Source: Myxococcota bacterium (lineage in GTDB: Bacteria; Myxococcota_A; Bradymonadia; UBA7976; UBA1532). Taken from it: a stretch of 64,000 nucleotides of DNA. The notes beneath the pieces were generated by a model. The model made no database searches and had not been told where the DNA came from. It was given only the letters and a program-made list of their open reading frames with translations. The DNA is taken from positions 1-64,000 of the forward strand of contig JAYZEG010000013.1 in the NCBI GenBank assembly GCA_036337435.1. Direction: 5' to 3'. The position numbers and the translations under genes are program-made. Of this stretch, positions 1 to 9,504 are shown piece after piece (positions within the stretch are counted from its first letter, which is position 1; each line of letters starts with the position of its first letter).

Positions 1-1044
1 CTCGGCTCGATCCAAATTGTGGTGGGCATCGCTGACTGCAGCGCGGCAGTTGTCTAATCCAATCACCAGTTTTGAATGGCGGGCCAGGGCAAGGGTATTC
101 GTGCCGCTTCCACACCCGACCTCTATGATTACATCCTTGGATGTTGGGGACAGCCAATCTAGGAGTGTATTTTGGACAATCTGGATTGTGCTCGGTGCTT
201 GTGGACACCACGCAGGCAGAGTCGACTTAATGATATCGGGACCAACGGGAAAGTGTATGCTTAAGTCATGGCGTAGGGGAGCCGGTTTTTTGAACGTTCC
301 AGGACTTCTATAGGGCAAGACATCGTACGCGACCGCCGTTCCCTGATGATCAGCCAGGAATGTTGTCTCGTTCCATCCGTGTTCAAGAGGCCTACCCAAA
401 CAAATGACAACCCGTTCGCTGACCAATCCAGATCCTTTGGGGTTTTGATGGGCATCAACAACGACATGTCTGATTTCGCCCGTTCGTGTTGCCGAGTCGT
501 AATGGCGAAGTCCGAGACCGGCTAAGTCTAACTCCAGCTGACAGAGCAATGCCTGCACCCGACGCGTTTGCACAGCACATTTGCCGAGTGGAACTGTGCC
601 CTGATACCCGACAATACCGAGTCGGAGGGCTCCCGTTTTTGTGATCAATGCCCGTGCGATGGCGCGGGTTCGATAGTGATCACGGCTCGCATGACCGAGA
701 AATTCAATTGGAAACGAACCTATATCAAGTGTCCGCCGCAGGGCTGCGCGAACGGCCTCCTTATACATCGATTCTTGCCGATGGGCATGCATGTGTCTCA
801 TGGTGCAGCCTGGGCAGATATTGTCGAATTCACAGTCCGGAGAAACGCGTTCTGATGAGTGCGTGTACCGGTTGACAACGCGTCCCCACACCCGCCCGTT
901 TCGGGGGTATAATGTGACATCTACAACTTCGCCGGGGAGTGTTCCGGGAATGATAATACGTCGGCCCTCAAACGCAGAAAGGCCCCGACCGTAACGGTCG
1001 AGGCCTTCTATTTCTACGCAGGCCTGTGTGGCGTGCTCGATCAG
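1..1044 (-). CDS. RlmD/TrmA-family RNA m5U methyltransferase-like protein, partial (runs off left edge)
   Basis: Manual translation (not in ORF track): TRAM-like N-terminus (VEIEGLDRYGRG...IPGTLPGEVV), Fe-S-type motif ERVSPDCEFDNICPGCTMRH, SAM motif IIEVGCGSGT. Most plausible start is CTG at 1044, overlapping the upstream TGA. Confidence 0.8.
   Translation of the reverse strand, partial: MIEHATQACVEIEGLDRYGRGLSAFEGRRIIIPGTLPGEVVDVTLYPRNGRVWGRVVNRYTHSSERVSPDCEFDNICPGCTMRHMHAHRQESMYKEAVRAALRRTLDIGSFPIEFLGHASRDHYRTRAIARALITKTGALRLGIVGYQGTVPLGKCAVQTRRVQALLCQLELDLAGLGLRHYDSATRTGEIRHVVVDAHQNPKGSGLVSERVVICLGRPLEHGWNETTFLADHQGTAVAYDVLPYRSPGTFKKPAPLRHDLSIHFPVGPDIIKSTLPAWCPQAPSTIQIVQNTLLDWLSPTSKDVIIEVGCGSGTNTLALARHSKLVIGLDNCRAAVSDAHHNLDRAE
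979..1007 (-). terminator. 13-bp hairpin, possible terminator/attenuator after the Ig-like lipoprotein gene
   Basis: Plus strand AAGGCCCCGACCG-TAA-CGGTCGAGGCCTT. The single mismatch is G-U on the minus transcript. U-tract is weak and the hairpin lies inside the RlmD-like CDS. Confidence 0.35.
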
Positions 1045-3131
1045 GGTAGTCTCTCAGAAACCTGGTCTATTTCGACGACGCGACGGTCCCCGTTTGCCCA
1101 GATGATTCCAGCAACTTCCCAAAAGTCGTTGGTGTCATTCAGCCGGCGTGTGAATTCACGGGTGAGAACGCCGCCTAGGTAAATTCGCAAGGTCGCATCG
1201 CTTGCACCCCAGCTATCGGCACCACCAAACGGCCCGACCGACGCGCGATAATAATGGACAGCCACTCGGTATGGCCCCCCAAGAGTCTGGGTGTTCTCAG
1301 GGCTATCGAGGTTGATATTCTCAGGTCCTGCTCCATTAGTATCGTCGATATCGAGAGATGGGTTGTCCTCTGGTCGACCGATTTGGCCCCAATCCGGGGT
1401 AGGGTTACCGAAATAGCAGTCAAACGAGCCTCCGTCTCTAAACCAATCAGCCCCTCTTGGGTGTAAGAAGTGCAAGTCTACATCGGAGCCGTCCAGGTCC
1501 GTCTGATCAGGATCGCCTGGTGTATCCCAGACGAGCTGTAAGTGAATGTCTTCATCGGGATTCGCAATGATCGTCACGCGTGCCTCTCCCTGAGGACAGG
1601 TGTTGCTGGGTGCGGTTACCCCACCACTATCAGTCACCCGCAGCTCGATAACGTAGGTTCCCGCGAGGTCGACGAAGAAAACTGCACCCGGCGTGCTTGT
1701 CTGATCCGCTGGTCCGCCCTCAGCCGGTCGCTGCGGGGTCGTAAGCCTTTCAACAGGTACGGAGGTCGAACCCTCTGGGCGTTCTACGACGACCCATTCG
1801 TAGGCGACAGGGCGTCCATCGGGTCCATCGATGTCGGTTGACGCCGATCCATCGAGGGTTACGATATCCAGTGGTCTGACAACCACCTCGTCTTCGACAA
1901 CCTCGGCCACCGGACAATCGTTGTTGGCACCGCGACCACGAAGGGGGACTTCCACCGTTGGTTGTTGCGGATCGTTGCCGCTCACCGTAAGTGTTCCTGT
2001 GTACGGTTGCTCTGCTTCTGGAAAGAACGTAATGGGTACGTTTAGAGACGGCTTGACGGGTGGGTCCTGAGCTAAATCAGCCGCGGCCAGGAGACCGGGC
2101 AAGTCGGGAAGTGCCCCATCTTGGATGGAGAAGGAGTCCCCGCCGGCGGTGATCTGTATAGAATCTAACCTGAGGGGTTCCGCGCCACAGCTTTCTATGG
2201 TGACAACACCTTCATTTGGACGCCCGATCAAACCGGCACCAAATTCCAACTCTCGTGGCACCACATCCATGCACGGTGATGAACCGTTTGCAACGAGGTC
2301 AATTCTCACATCCGGGTTGATGGCGTCGCTTTGGATACTGAGTTCGCCACGGTCCGACCGCTCAAACTGAGCGATAAAATTGACCGTGAGTACAAAGGTA
2401 CCCGACGGGGCTAAGCCTGGTTGTCCATCGCCATCCGGGTCTCCGAGTAACGCGGGGTCTTGAATCGGGTCACCCCCATTCATCGATAGGCTAAAGCTAG
2501 CCGACCCTAAGACTTGCAGCGCCCCGATGGTCGCCGCTTCCACGCCCACGTTGCTAATCTGAATGTCGAGGGATGCTTGTTCACCCACTGCGATTCGCCC
2601 AAAGTCTACATAATCGGGAACGACTACAAGTTCCGCACTCGCGGCTTGTCCACGAATCGGGATTTGGATCCGTCCACGGTTGACATCGTTGCTCGTCATC
2701 ACGAGAGCACCTGACGGGATTTCGGTATTTATCCGAGTGTATGTGAGTACAAATGTTAGGGCTTGCCCCGCGTCGACTTGCAAGATGCCTTGGAATTCTG
2801 GCGAGGGCACCCCGTTGATGATCCCTGGTAGAGCCGCCTCATCCGGTGAGTCGCCGTAAAACCAGGCCAATTGAAAATCCCGAACGTCCGTATTGGCCGC
2901 AAACGCGAAATCCTTCAGGAGGACCGGTCCCGCACCGGAGTTCACCAGCGTGACTCGTGACTCGGCAGACGCGCCTGGAGCCACTTTAGGAAACGAGAAA
3001 ACACCGGGGTCCTCAAGAGATCCGGTACTGGTGGCATTCAAACCCTCGTCGCAGCCTAGGTGTAAGGCACTGACGAAGATCATCATCATGAGGCTTGCGG
3101 ATAACGTCAGCAAGTGACCTGCTGTTTTCAT
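1041..3131 (-). CDS. Surface lipoprotein: three Ig-like (choice-of-anchor D/ASH-type) domains, PKD-like domain, C-terminal YfaP-like domain
   Basis: Start MKTAG at 3131 with GGAG SD; lipobox LHLG-C; repeated (D/E)FG..I.N.G Ig-like motifs; VTLDGSASTD PKD-like motif; QLVWDT..DVDLH..LDIDDTNGAGPENINL YfaP-like motif. Confidence 0.75.
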   Translation of the reverse strand: MKTAGHLLTLSASLMMMIFVSALHLGCDEGLNATSTGSLEDPGVFSFPKVAPGASAESRVTLVNSGAGPVLLKDFAFAANTDVRDFQLAWFYGDSPDEAALPGIINGVPSPEFQGILQVDAGQALTFVLTYTRINTEIPSGALVMTSNDVNRGRIQIPIRGQAASAELVVVPDYVDFGRIAVGEQASLDIQISNVGVEAATIGALQVLGSASFSLSMNGGDPIQDPALLGDPDGDGQPGLAPSGTFVLTVNFIAQFERSDRGELSIQSDAINPDVRIDLVANGSSPCMDVVPRELEFGAGLIGRPNEGVVTIESCGAEPLRLDSIQITAGGDSFSIQDGALPDLPGLLAAADLAQDPPVKPSLNVPITFFPEAEQPYTGTLTVSGNDPQQPTVEVPLRGRGANNDCPVAEVVEDEVVVRPLDIVTLDGSASTDIDGPDGRPVAYEWVVVERPEGSTSVPVERLTTPQRPAEGGPADQTSTPGAVFFVDLAGTYVIELRVTDSGGVTAPSNTCPQGEARVTIIANPDEDIHLQLVWDTPGDPDQTDLDGSDVDLHFLHPRGADWFRDGGSFDCYFGNPTPDWGQIGRPEDNPSLDIDDTNGAGPENINLDSPENTQTLGGPYRVAVHYYRASVGPFGGADSWGASDATLRIYLGGVLTREFTRRLNDTNDFWEVAGIIWANGDRRVVEIDQVSERLP

Positions 3132-3358
3132 ACGGCGAACTCCAAAACTAACAAACGCCACATCCTGTCCAAATCTGCGGCTTCCCATATAATCCGGATC
3201 TACGCCGCCCATGCCAGTGCAAATTCCTTCCCGATCGGGAATTTACGGCATGGAGGGGCGGGGTCCTCCCAATGTGTCACCCTGCATCAAACAGGACGAA
3301 CAGACTTTTGCTGGTGGGGGAGAGTACCTTGGTCGCGGGAAGGTTTCACTAAAAACTT

Positions 3359-6046
3359 CTAATCGGTAGATTTTTTTCCAAGAAACCGAATCAAGGTTGG
3401 TTCGAGAAGCGATGAGAGTTGAACACATTGTTCGACATTTCGGCGTGCAATTCGGATCAAATTGCGATTTTTGCCAGCCGCATGCCCCGCGTGGCCAACC
3501 AGCCTTTTGAAATCAGCTAATCGATCGTCTTCGCAGAAATGCCGAATCATCAGCGATCCGAGCTTGAGGGCAAGACCGTCTTGTCTTTGGTTCAATTGAC
3601 GATGATGGGTCATCAACCATGCCCATGCCTGGTCGCGGTTTTCAACATGAATACTGCGGGCCATCGCATCCAACGCTCTGGGTGAAAACGCCTCTGTTTT
3701 GGCGAGATTGAGCGTGTTCTCAAAAAGCCTACTGTCTTTAAATGCGCCGAGTGCACCTCCATACGCGTGCTCTATGACGGGCTGATTTGGTTTTTCTTGC
3801 AGTTTTTTTGAGAGGGTTTCCCAAAGCTGTGCATCGCCGTGACTCGCCGCCAGTATGAGTGTATTCGCGAGTGTTTGCGTTGATGTCTCAAATGGGCTCT
3901 TCAAGAGCGTAAGTGCCTTTGCTTTCAACTCGGGATCGGGGTCGGTTGGACGCCCCATAAAAACAAGCCGGACTCGACGTTGGACCCTCGGGGTCTTGAG
4001 CCATTCAGTGAGCGTTCCTCCTTTAACAACCGTGCCGAATAGCCAGGAGCGAAACTCGCTAGTTCGATTGGCTGAGGCGGCCACTCGTCTGACCATATCC
4101 AATGAATCTAAGACTGCATGAACCAAATTAGCCGGTGCTTTTTCTGACAAGGCCGAGAGCAGCTTGGAATAAGAGCCCGCATCAATTTCATCAATTAAAA
4201 GTAAGCTGAGCAGGTGGTGCGGTAGTGCTCGTCGTTCCAGATTTGATAATTGCGAATTGAGATCGACGCTCTTTTGGATGAGAGACAGATTGGTTGTCCA
4301 GAGATACAGACCCTGGTTATCGACGTTGCCGAAAAGGACTTTAGGACAGGTTTTGGCTGGTAACGTCATCACCGCTGTACGGGTCGTCAGCAGGTGACAT
4401 TGTGTATTTGTATTCGTCTCATCTCCGTATCGAATACAGACGGGGACAGTCCATGGGTTTCCCTGTGCTTCACCCCGTACGGGTACCCGGGCTCGCTCTT
4501 GAGAGAGATGGACCTCGATGGTGTTGTCCCGACACTGGAGATTCATGCGCACGAGGGGTAGGCCTGCCTGCTTGAGATACCACTTGGTCAGTTGGCTCGC
4601 GTCAAGGTGTCCGGACCGACTTATCGCTGACAAAATTTCGGCTGCGGAGACCGCCTGGTGTTGCTTTTCTCTGATGATCGTCCGGAGTGCTGCTTGAATG
4701 TGATTCAACCCGACGCGATTTTCGACCATGGAAAGCAGAGCATACACTTTGCCGATGTCCAATTTTGTCATTCGCCTTGGAGCACTATCGTATCCAATCG
4801 CACCAGGTTTTATTTGTCTTGGGCTCTCAACCAGCTCTCGGTTGATGAGCCAGGGAATCAACGCGCTTGCAGACGCTGCAGGGTCGCTTCCCAGTGGTGC
4901 AAGCTTTTCTCTGATCCAGAGCGTAAACCCCTCGTAGAGCCAAAAATCCTCATGGCTTTCCGCGCTCACGGCATGTCCAATCCATCGGCGACTGAGCTCT
5001 TTGATCAGGGTGCGCGTTAACCATCGTCTGCGGGCTTTTGACTCGTCACTTGGCAGCCTGAGTACGCTATTTTCTTGGATGGCAAATAGGCCCGGTGCAC
5101 TCAGCATCGGTACACCCAGCTCCGGCAATGCCAATACATCGATTTTATCATCTATGTTCTGGCCAAAAAATGAGCGGAGTTCGCCAATCACAGACTTGAT
5201 CGTATCCACGAGTTGTCCTGTCAAAGCACCCTTTCCGGGCGTTGTCATGACGCGAATGCGCGGATAGTCTGCATTCTTGGGCGCGGAGGTAATCTGAAAA
5301 CGACCAACGGTGAACATGAGCATGTCTGGTGCCATCGGTGCGCTTTCGGCAAACTGTATCTCATTTTGACCGTCTCTTGTTCGCCTCTCCACCTCTCGTT
5401 CGTTTGTGACCGCTGTATAGCTCGTTGGTATGGTCAGGTAGAGTTTGATGGGTGCCTTGAATCTTGAACGATCCATGCACGGAAAGACCCGGCGGGCCTC
5501 ACCCGACTTGATTTGAGTCATTGCAAAGCGCTGGCGACCGACGTCAAACCTAAATAGCCCTGGGGCATTCTGGCGCATTTGACCTCGATAGCGAATGGTT
5601 ACGACAACATCGCCTATTGCCAAAGCTTCAGGGGTTCTGATCAACAAGCCTCCATTGGGTCCGGGAAGAGCCTCACCGTTGCTGACAAAACCTGTCTGCT
5701 CAACAACGACGGACTGAACATCCAGTTCGCCTCCGTGCAGCTTAATGTGGCGTGTTCGCTTGGCCAGGCTGAGGGTCATGATTACGCGGCCTGCAAACGT
5801 ATCCTGATTCGGGTCCACGGCCAGCTTTACAGTATAATGGACGGGGGTTACGTGCGCGTCGAGCTCCGTTTTGCCATCGTAGCGTTCGACGGACGTGATC
5901 CGGTCCATTGTGGTGTTCATCAGAGCACAGCCTTGAACGACCAAGGTCAGGGCCAAGCCCAGGCACCTGAGCGGCGTGCGTAAACCCACGTCGCTCGTCG
6001 AATCTTGTGGCCAACTCTTCAATCCCCCCTCCTTCAAGAATGCCAA
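3359..6046 (-). CDS. M1 aminopeptidase-like lipoprotein with ERAP1-like C-terminal domain, probably inactive
   Basis: PVHYTVKL..FAG, ARRVFPCMD..FKA and FWLYEGF match the M1 family. HExxH reads KELSR and GAMEN is absent. Lipobox VVQG-C. Start uncertain (TTG 6046 or a slightly downstream GTG). Confidence 0.8.
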   Translation of the reverse strand: MAFLKEGGLKSWPQDSTSDVGLRTPLRCLGLALTLVVQGCALMNTTMDRITSVERYDGKTELDAHVTPVHYTVKLAVDPNQDTFAGRVIMTLSLAKRTRHIKLHGGELDVQSVVVEQTGFVSNGEALPGPNGGLLIRTPEALAIGDVVVTIRYRGQMRQNAPGLFRFDVGRQRFAMTQIKSGEARRVFPCMDRSRFKAPIKLYLTIPTSYTAVTNEREVERRTRDGQNEIQFAESAPMAPDMLMFTVGRFQITSAPKNADYPRIRVMTTPGKGALTGQLVDTIKSVIGELRSFFGQNIDDKIDVLALPELGVPMLSAPGLFAIQENSVLRLPSDESKARRRWLTRTLIKELSRRWIGHAVSAESHEDFWLYEGFTLWIREKLAPLGSDPAASASALIPWLINRELVESPRQIKPGAIGYDSAPRRMTKLDIGKVYALLSMVENRVGLNHIQAALRTIIREKQHQAVSAAEILSAISRSGHLDASQLTKWYLKQAGLPLVRMNLQCRDNTIEVHLSQERARVPVRGEAQGNPWTVPVCIRYGDETNTNTQCHLLTTRTAVMTLPAKTCPKVLFGNVDNQGLYLWTTNLSLIQKSVDLNSQLSNLERRALPHHLLSLLLIDEIDAGSYSKLLSALSEKAPANLVHAVLDSLDMVRRVAASANRTSEFRSWLFGTVVKGGTLTEWLKTPRVQRRVRLVFMGRPTDPDPELKAKALTLLKSPFETSTQTLANTLILAASHGDAQLWETLSKKLQEKPNQPVIEHAYGGALGAFKDSRLFENTLNLAKTEAFSPRALDAMARSIHVENRDQAWAWLMTHHRQLNQRQDGLALKLGSLMIRHFCEDDRLADFKRLVGHAGHAAGKNRNLIRIARRNVEQCVQLSSLLEPTLIRFLGKKSTD

Positions 6047-6196
6047 TCCAAAGGACTCACAGTGCTGGGTCTAATGGCCTTTCGAGGGAACTGCAAGGGC
6101 AATTTAGACATTTTATCCGTCAATAAACACGAAACCATCTTCCATTTTCGCGCCGACACTTGCATCCTCATCAACGGACAAGAGAGGGATGAGTCG

Positions 6197-6949
6197 GTGT
6201 CGAAGCTGATTTTTTTAGGAACATCAGACGCCTTTAACGCAGCGGGACGCGCGAACAGCTGTTACTGGGTGGAAGATACGCACGGTCGCTATATGGTTGA
6301 TTTCGGACCGACGGCCCTCTTGCAATGCCACCGTCATGGTTTGGATGTAGACACCCTGGATGGAATATTCCTGACCCACCTACATGGCGATCATATCGGT
6401 GGTCTGGCGATCCTCTTGGTTCACTTACAATTTCAGGTTGGCCGAACCAGACCTTTTGTGATCGCTGGTCCAGATGGTACTCGAGAGCGCGTTCGTATGT
6501 TGATTGAGAGTGCCTATCCATCCGTGTTAATCACCGGATTCGCCTTCGATGTTGATTATGTCTTCTGGGATGTACCCGGAGAAATTGAGATCTTAGGTCG
6601 CCAGGTCCGAGCGATTCGAGCTCGGCATGACCGCTTGGCCATTGCTACGTCCTTGAGAATCAACACCCAGACGCACTCGATTAGCTTCAGCGGAGATACG
6701 GGCTGGCAGCCCGAACTAGCAGACCTTGTGGATGGCTCAGACCTATTTGTTTGTGAGTGCACAAATCTAGATGGCGATTATTGGGCTCACCTCAGTGTTG
6801 AAGAGCATCTCAGGCTGAGAGAGCGGTTTAAAGTCAAGGCGATGTACCTTTCGCATTTGAGTGAAATGGCCCGTGAAGCGATGGTTGGACATGCATCCGC
6901 CTTAAATTTGACCGTTGCTGACGACGGTATGGTCATCGAGTTTAACTGA
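6197..6949 (+). CDS. MBL-fold metallo-hydrolase (RNase Z-like)
   Basis: LIFLGTSDAF, THLHGDHIGG (HxHxDH), FSGDT, YLSHL; GTG start at 6197 after a purine-rich SD. Confidence 0.85.
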   Translation: MSKLIFLGTSDAFNAAGRANSCYWVEDTHGRYMVDFGPTALLQCHRHGLDVDTLDGIFLTHLHGDHIGGLAILLVHLQFQVGRTRPFVIAGPDGTRERVRMLIESAYPSVLITGFAFDVDYVFWDVPGEIEILGRQVRAIRARHDRLAIATSLRINTQTHSISFSGDTGWQPELADLVDGSDLFVCECTNLDGDYWAHLSVEEHLRLRERFKVKAMYLSHLSEMAREAMVGHASALNLTVADDGMVIEFN

Positions 6950-7091
6950 GTCGATTATCGACGTCGTTTTCGAAAAAATTGCAATGTTTTGGCACCGTCC
7001 ATCACGTAAACAGCGTGTTCCACTGTCCGGTTGAATCGGCATAGATACAGCCAACGGATTCGGTTTCAAATGAAGATAGCTCGGGGAGGAA

Positions 7092-7844
7092 ATGACCATG
7101 AAAACTGAGAAAATCGCACTTGTCACCGGGGCGTCGTCGGGCATTGGTCGGGCCATTGCAATTCGATTAGCCAAGTCTCATTATCGGGTGCTTATGACTG
7201 CACGCCGTCTCCAGCGGCTCAACGCGCTGCGAGATGAACTTTTAGGCGCTGGCCACTCTGTTGACGTGTATCAAGCGGATCTCCGCAACGAGGTTGAATT
7301 AGATGGGTTATTTTCCTTTATCAAAGAACGATATGGGTGCCTAGATGTGCTGGTGAATAATGCCGGGCTTGGTCGCAATGCATCCCTTCTGGACGGGGAA
7401 ACCGACGCCTGGCGAGAGATGTTCGATGTCAATGTTATCGCGCTGTCCGTCTGCACACGTAACGCCGTCCAACTCATGCGTAAAGCCGGTGACAGCGGTC
7501 AAATTATTCATGTTTCATCCATGTCGGGTCATCGCGTTCCGACGGGAACAGGCGGGATGTATTCGGCTACGAAACATGCGGTTAGGGCCCTGACGGAGGC
7601 CCTGAGGCGTGAATTACGGGCTCTGGAAAGCAGCATCAAGGTGACGGCGATTTCACCGGGCTTTGTGGAAACCGAATTTGCTGAAGTTATGAGCGGAAGT
7701 CGAGACACAGCTGACGCGGTGTATGCGCGCTATCCATGTTTGCAGCCCGATGATATCGCCTCGACCGTTATGCACATCTTGGCGCAACCCGATTATGTGC
7801 AAATCCATGATGTCTTGGTCCGTCCGACTCAGCAGCCTTCTTAG
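7092..7844 (+). CDS. Classical SDR oxidoreductase (YdfG/DHRS11-like)
   Basis: TGASSGIG, NNAG, YSATK; GGAGG SD. Confidence 0.9.
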   Translation: MTMKTEKIALVTGASSGIGRAIAIRLAKSHYRVLMTARRLQRLNALRDELLGAGHSVDVYQADLRNEVELDGLFSFIKERYGCLDVLVNNAGLGRNASLLDGETDAWREMFDVNVIALSVCTRNAVQLMRKAGDSGQIIHVSSMSGHRVPTGTGGMYSATKHAVRALTEALRRELRALESSIKVTAISPGFVETEFAEVMSGSRDTADAVYARYPCLQPDDIASTVMHILAQPDYVQIHDVLVRPTQQPS

Positions 7845-7868
7845 GGCTTTAACCGGCCATATGATGCT

Positions 7869-9410
7869 TTATTTTGGCTCGCGACCTGCTTTTTTTGCCA
7901 GGACAATTCTCATGGATCCTTTATAGCGCATGTCAAAAATCTCAAAGCCTTTCACGATCTTGTCCTGATACGTTGGGCGAGAGATTTTGTAGTCCGTATC
8001 GATGGTCTTCTCGTCGGTCGGATAGAGCTCTACCTTGCACAGCTTTTTCAACTTGCAGACCACCACATTATCGATCACACGCGTCACGGTTGCAGCGACA
8101 TGTGTCTTGAGTTCAAACCAACGTTGCGTCGGCGCGTCAGCACCAAAGTCTTGTGCATTGTGTGCAGCGAGCGTTGTATTCGCAGTGGTGCTCTTGCTGT
8201 TGATGGTGGGCAAGGCTTTCGCTTGCGGTTGACTCGTTTGGACCGATTGTTCACCTGAGCTGATTTGGTTTCTATAGAGCCAAGCTAAACCCAATAGCAG
8301 GCTTAAACCGACCACCACCAAACCGGTTTTTGAACCGCCCTTCTCCGGTCGGCTCTTCGATTCAATTTGTCGGCTTTTTGATGTCACAGTATGGATTCGA
8401 AGGGCCGTCGGGACATCATGGTCGACTGTTGTGCTGGTGTACAAATCGGTGTTTGGTGCACGAACGCCCCAGCTCTCATCGGCGCCTTGCAGACTGACAT
8501 CACGCACCGTCGAATTCGCGTCCTCATGACCGTCCACTCCGTGCGCTTTGCCGACGCCAGATTTCCAGAGTTCCATGCCGATGGACATGGAATGTTCATC
8601 TGTTTTGGCGACCGGATCGATGGGCTGAGTACGCATCATTTGCTCGGGACCGTGAAAGCTTTCACCTGATGGCCAATCTGGCAGCAGGGGCAATGGAGAG
8701 TCGGTCTCGATGGTCATATCGATATCATTGTCATCATCGATGCTCGCGCTTTTCTCCTCGCTTGGACTGCTCAGAAGCGTACTGCTGTTGGACGACGGCA
8801 TCGCTCCAAGCGATGCGGCCAAGGCCCGCCGATATGCGCCGCTCGTCTTAGGCCTCGATTCGATGAGTGAGCGAACCGGCGCGGGTGGCACAGTCATCAT
8901 TGAGGTCACCAACGTGGCCAAGAATTCGATGTCGCGCTCCATCGCCGCTTGTTTTTCATCCGCCTTGGAAAAAGCCTTAACCCAATCCCGGATGGACAGT
9001 TTCTCCCCATCCCAATAGCATGAGGCGAGGCTGAGCTGACCGTGGGGAAAACCAGCGTCATGGCCAGCTTCGATCGCGCGTGCAATGATGAAACTGAGTT
9101 CTAAACTGACGCGGTGTGGTGGTCTGCCCCTCATGTCGAGGACTTGGCGCAGAGACATGCCCTGCGCCCGTTCTGTAATGGCCCAGGAGCCATAGGTTTG
9201 ATCTGTTCCATAGTCTAGGATCGAACTGATGTTCTCGTGTTTAAACGAGGCTAAATCGTCCATTTCCGGGGACGCGTGCAGACCGCCTGGTTGTATATCC
9301 ATCTGATAAGAGTGTCCCGTCACCAGATGTCGCACGGACCAGACGGTGTCGACGCCGTCTGCAAGACGGGCCTCTAGTTGGTACGTCCCTATGGTATCGC
9401 CTGCTTGCAT
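7869..9410 (-). CDS. Membrane-anchored Ser/Thr kinase-like protein (pseudokinase)
   Basis: IGTYQLEARL, HENISSILDYG and IARAIEAGH align to Hanks kinases, but the catalytic motifs are degenerate. One TM helix (GLVVVGLSLLLGLAWLY) precedes a C-terminal domain. Confidence 0.7.
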   Translation of the reverse strand: MQAGDTIGTYQLEARLADGVDTVWSVRHLVTGHSYQMDIQPGGLHASPEMDDLASFKHENISSILDYGTDQTYGSWAITERAQGMSLRQVLDMRGRPPHRVSLELSFIIARAIEAGHDAGFPHGQLSLASCYWDGEKLSIRDWVKAFSKADEKQAAMERDIEFLATLVTSMMTVPPAPVRSLIESRPKTSGAYRRALAASLGAMPSSNSSTLLSSPSEEKSASIDDDNDIDMTIETDSPLPLLPDWPSGESFHGPEQMMRTQPIDPVAKTDEHSMSIGMELWKSGVGKAHGVDGHEDANSTVRDVSLQGADESWGVRAPNTDLYTSTTVDHDVPTALRIHTVTSKSRQIESKSRPEKGGSKTGLVVVGLSLLLGLAWLYRNQISSGEQSVQTSQPQAKALPTINSKSTTANTTLAAHNAQDFGADAPTQRWFELKTHVAATVTRVIDNVVVCKLKKLCKVELYPTDEKTIDTDYKISRPTYQDKIVKGFEIFDMRYKGSMRIVLAKKAGREPK

Positions 9411-9504
9411 TATGAGACCATGGCATGCTTGCGAATCGGCGGCAATCTTAGGTGCATAAGCTCACGCATATTTTTATCTCTGGCGCGCGACCCCTTGGTC
9501 TATT

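Noticed and set aside
17..994. Short ORF-track calls at the left end
   Set aside because: Superseded by the minus-strand RlmD-like frame that runs off the window.
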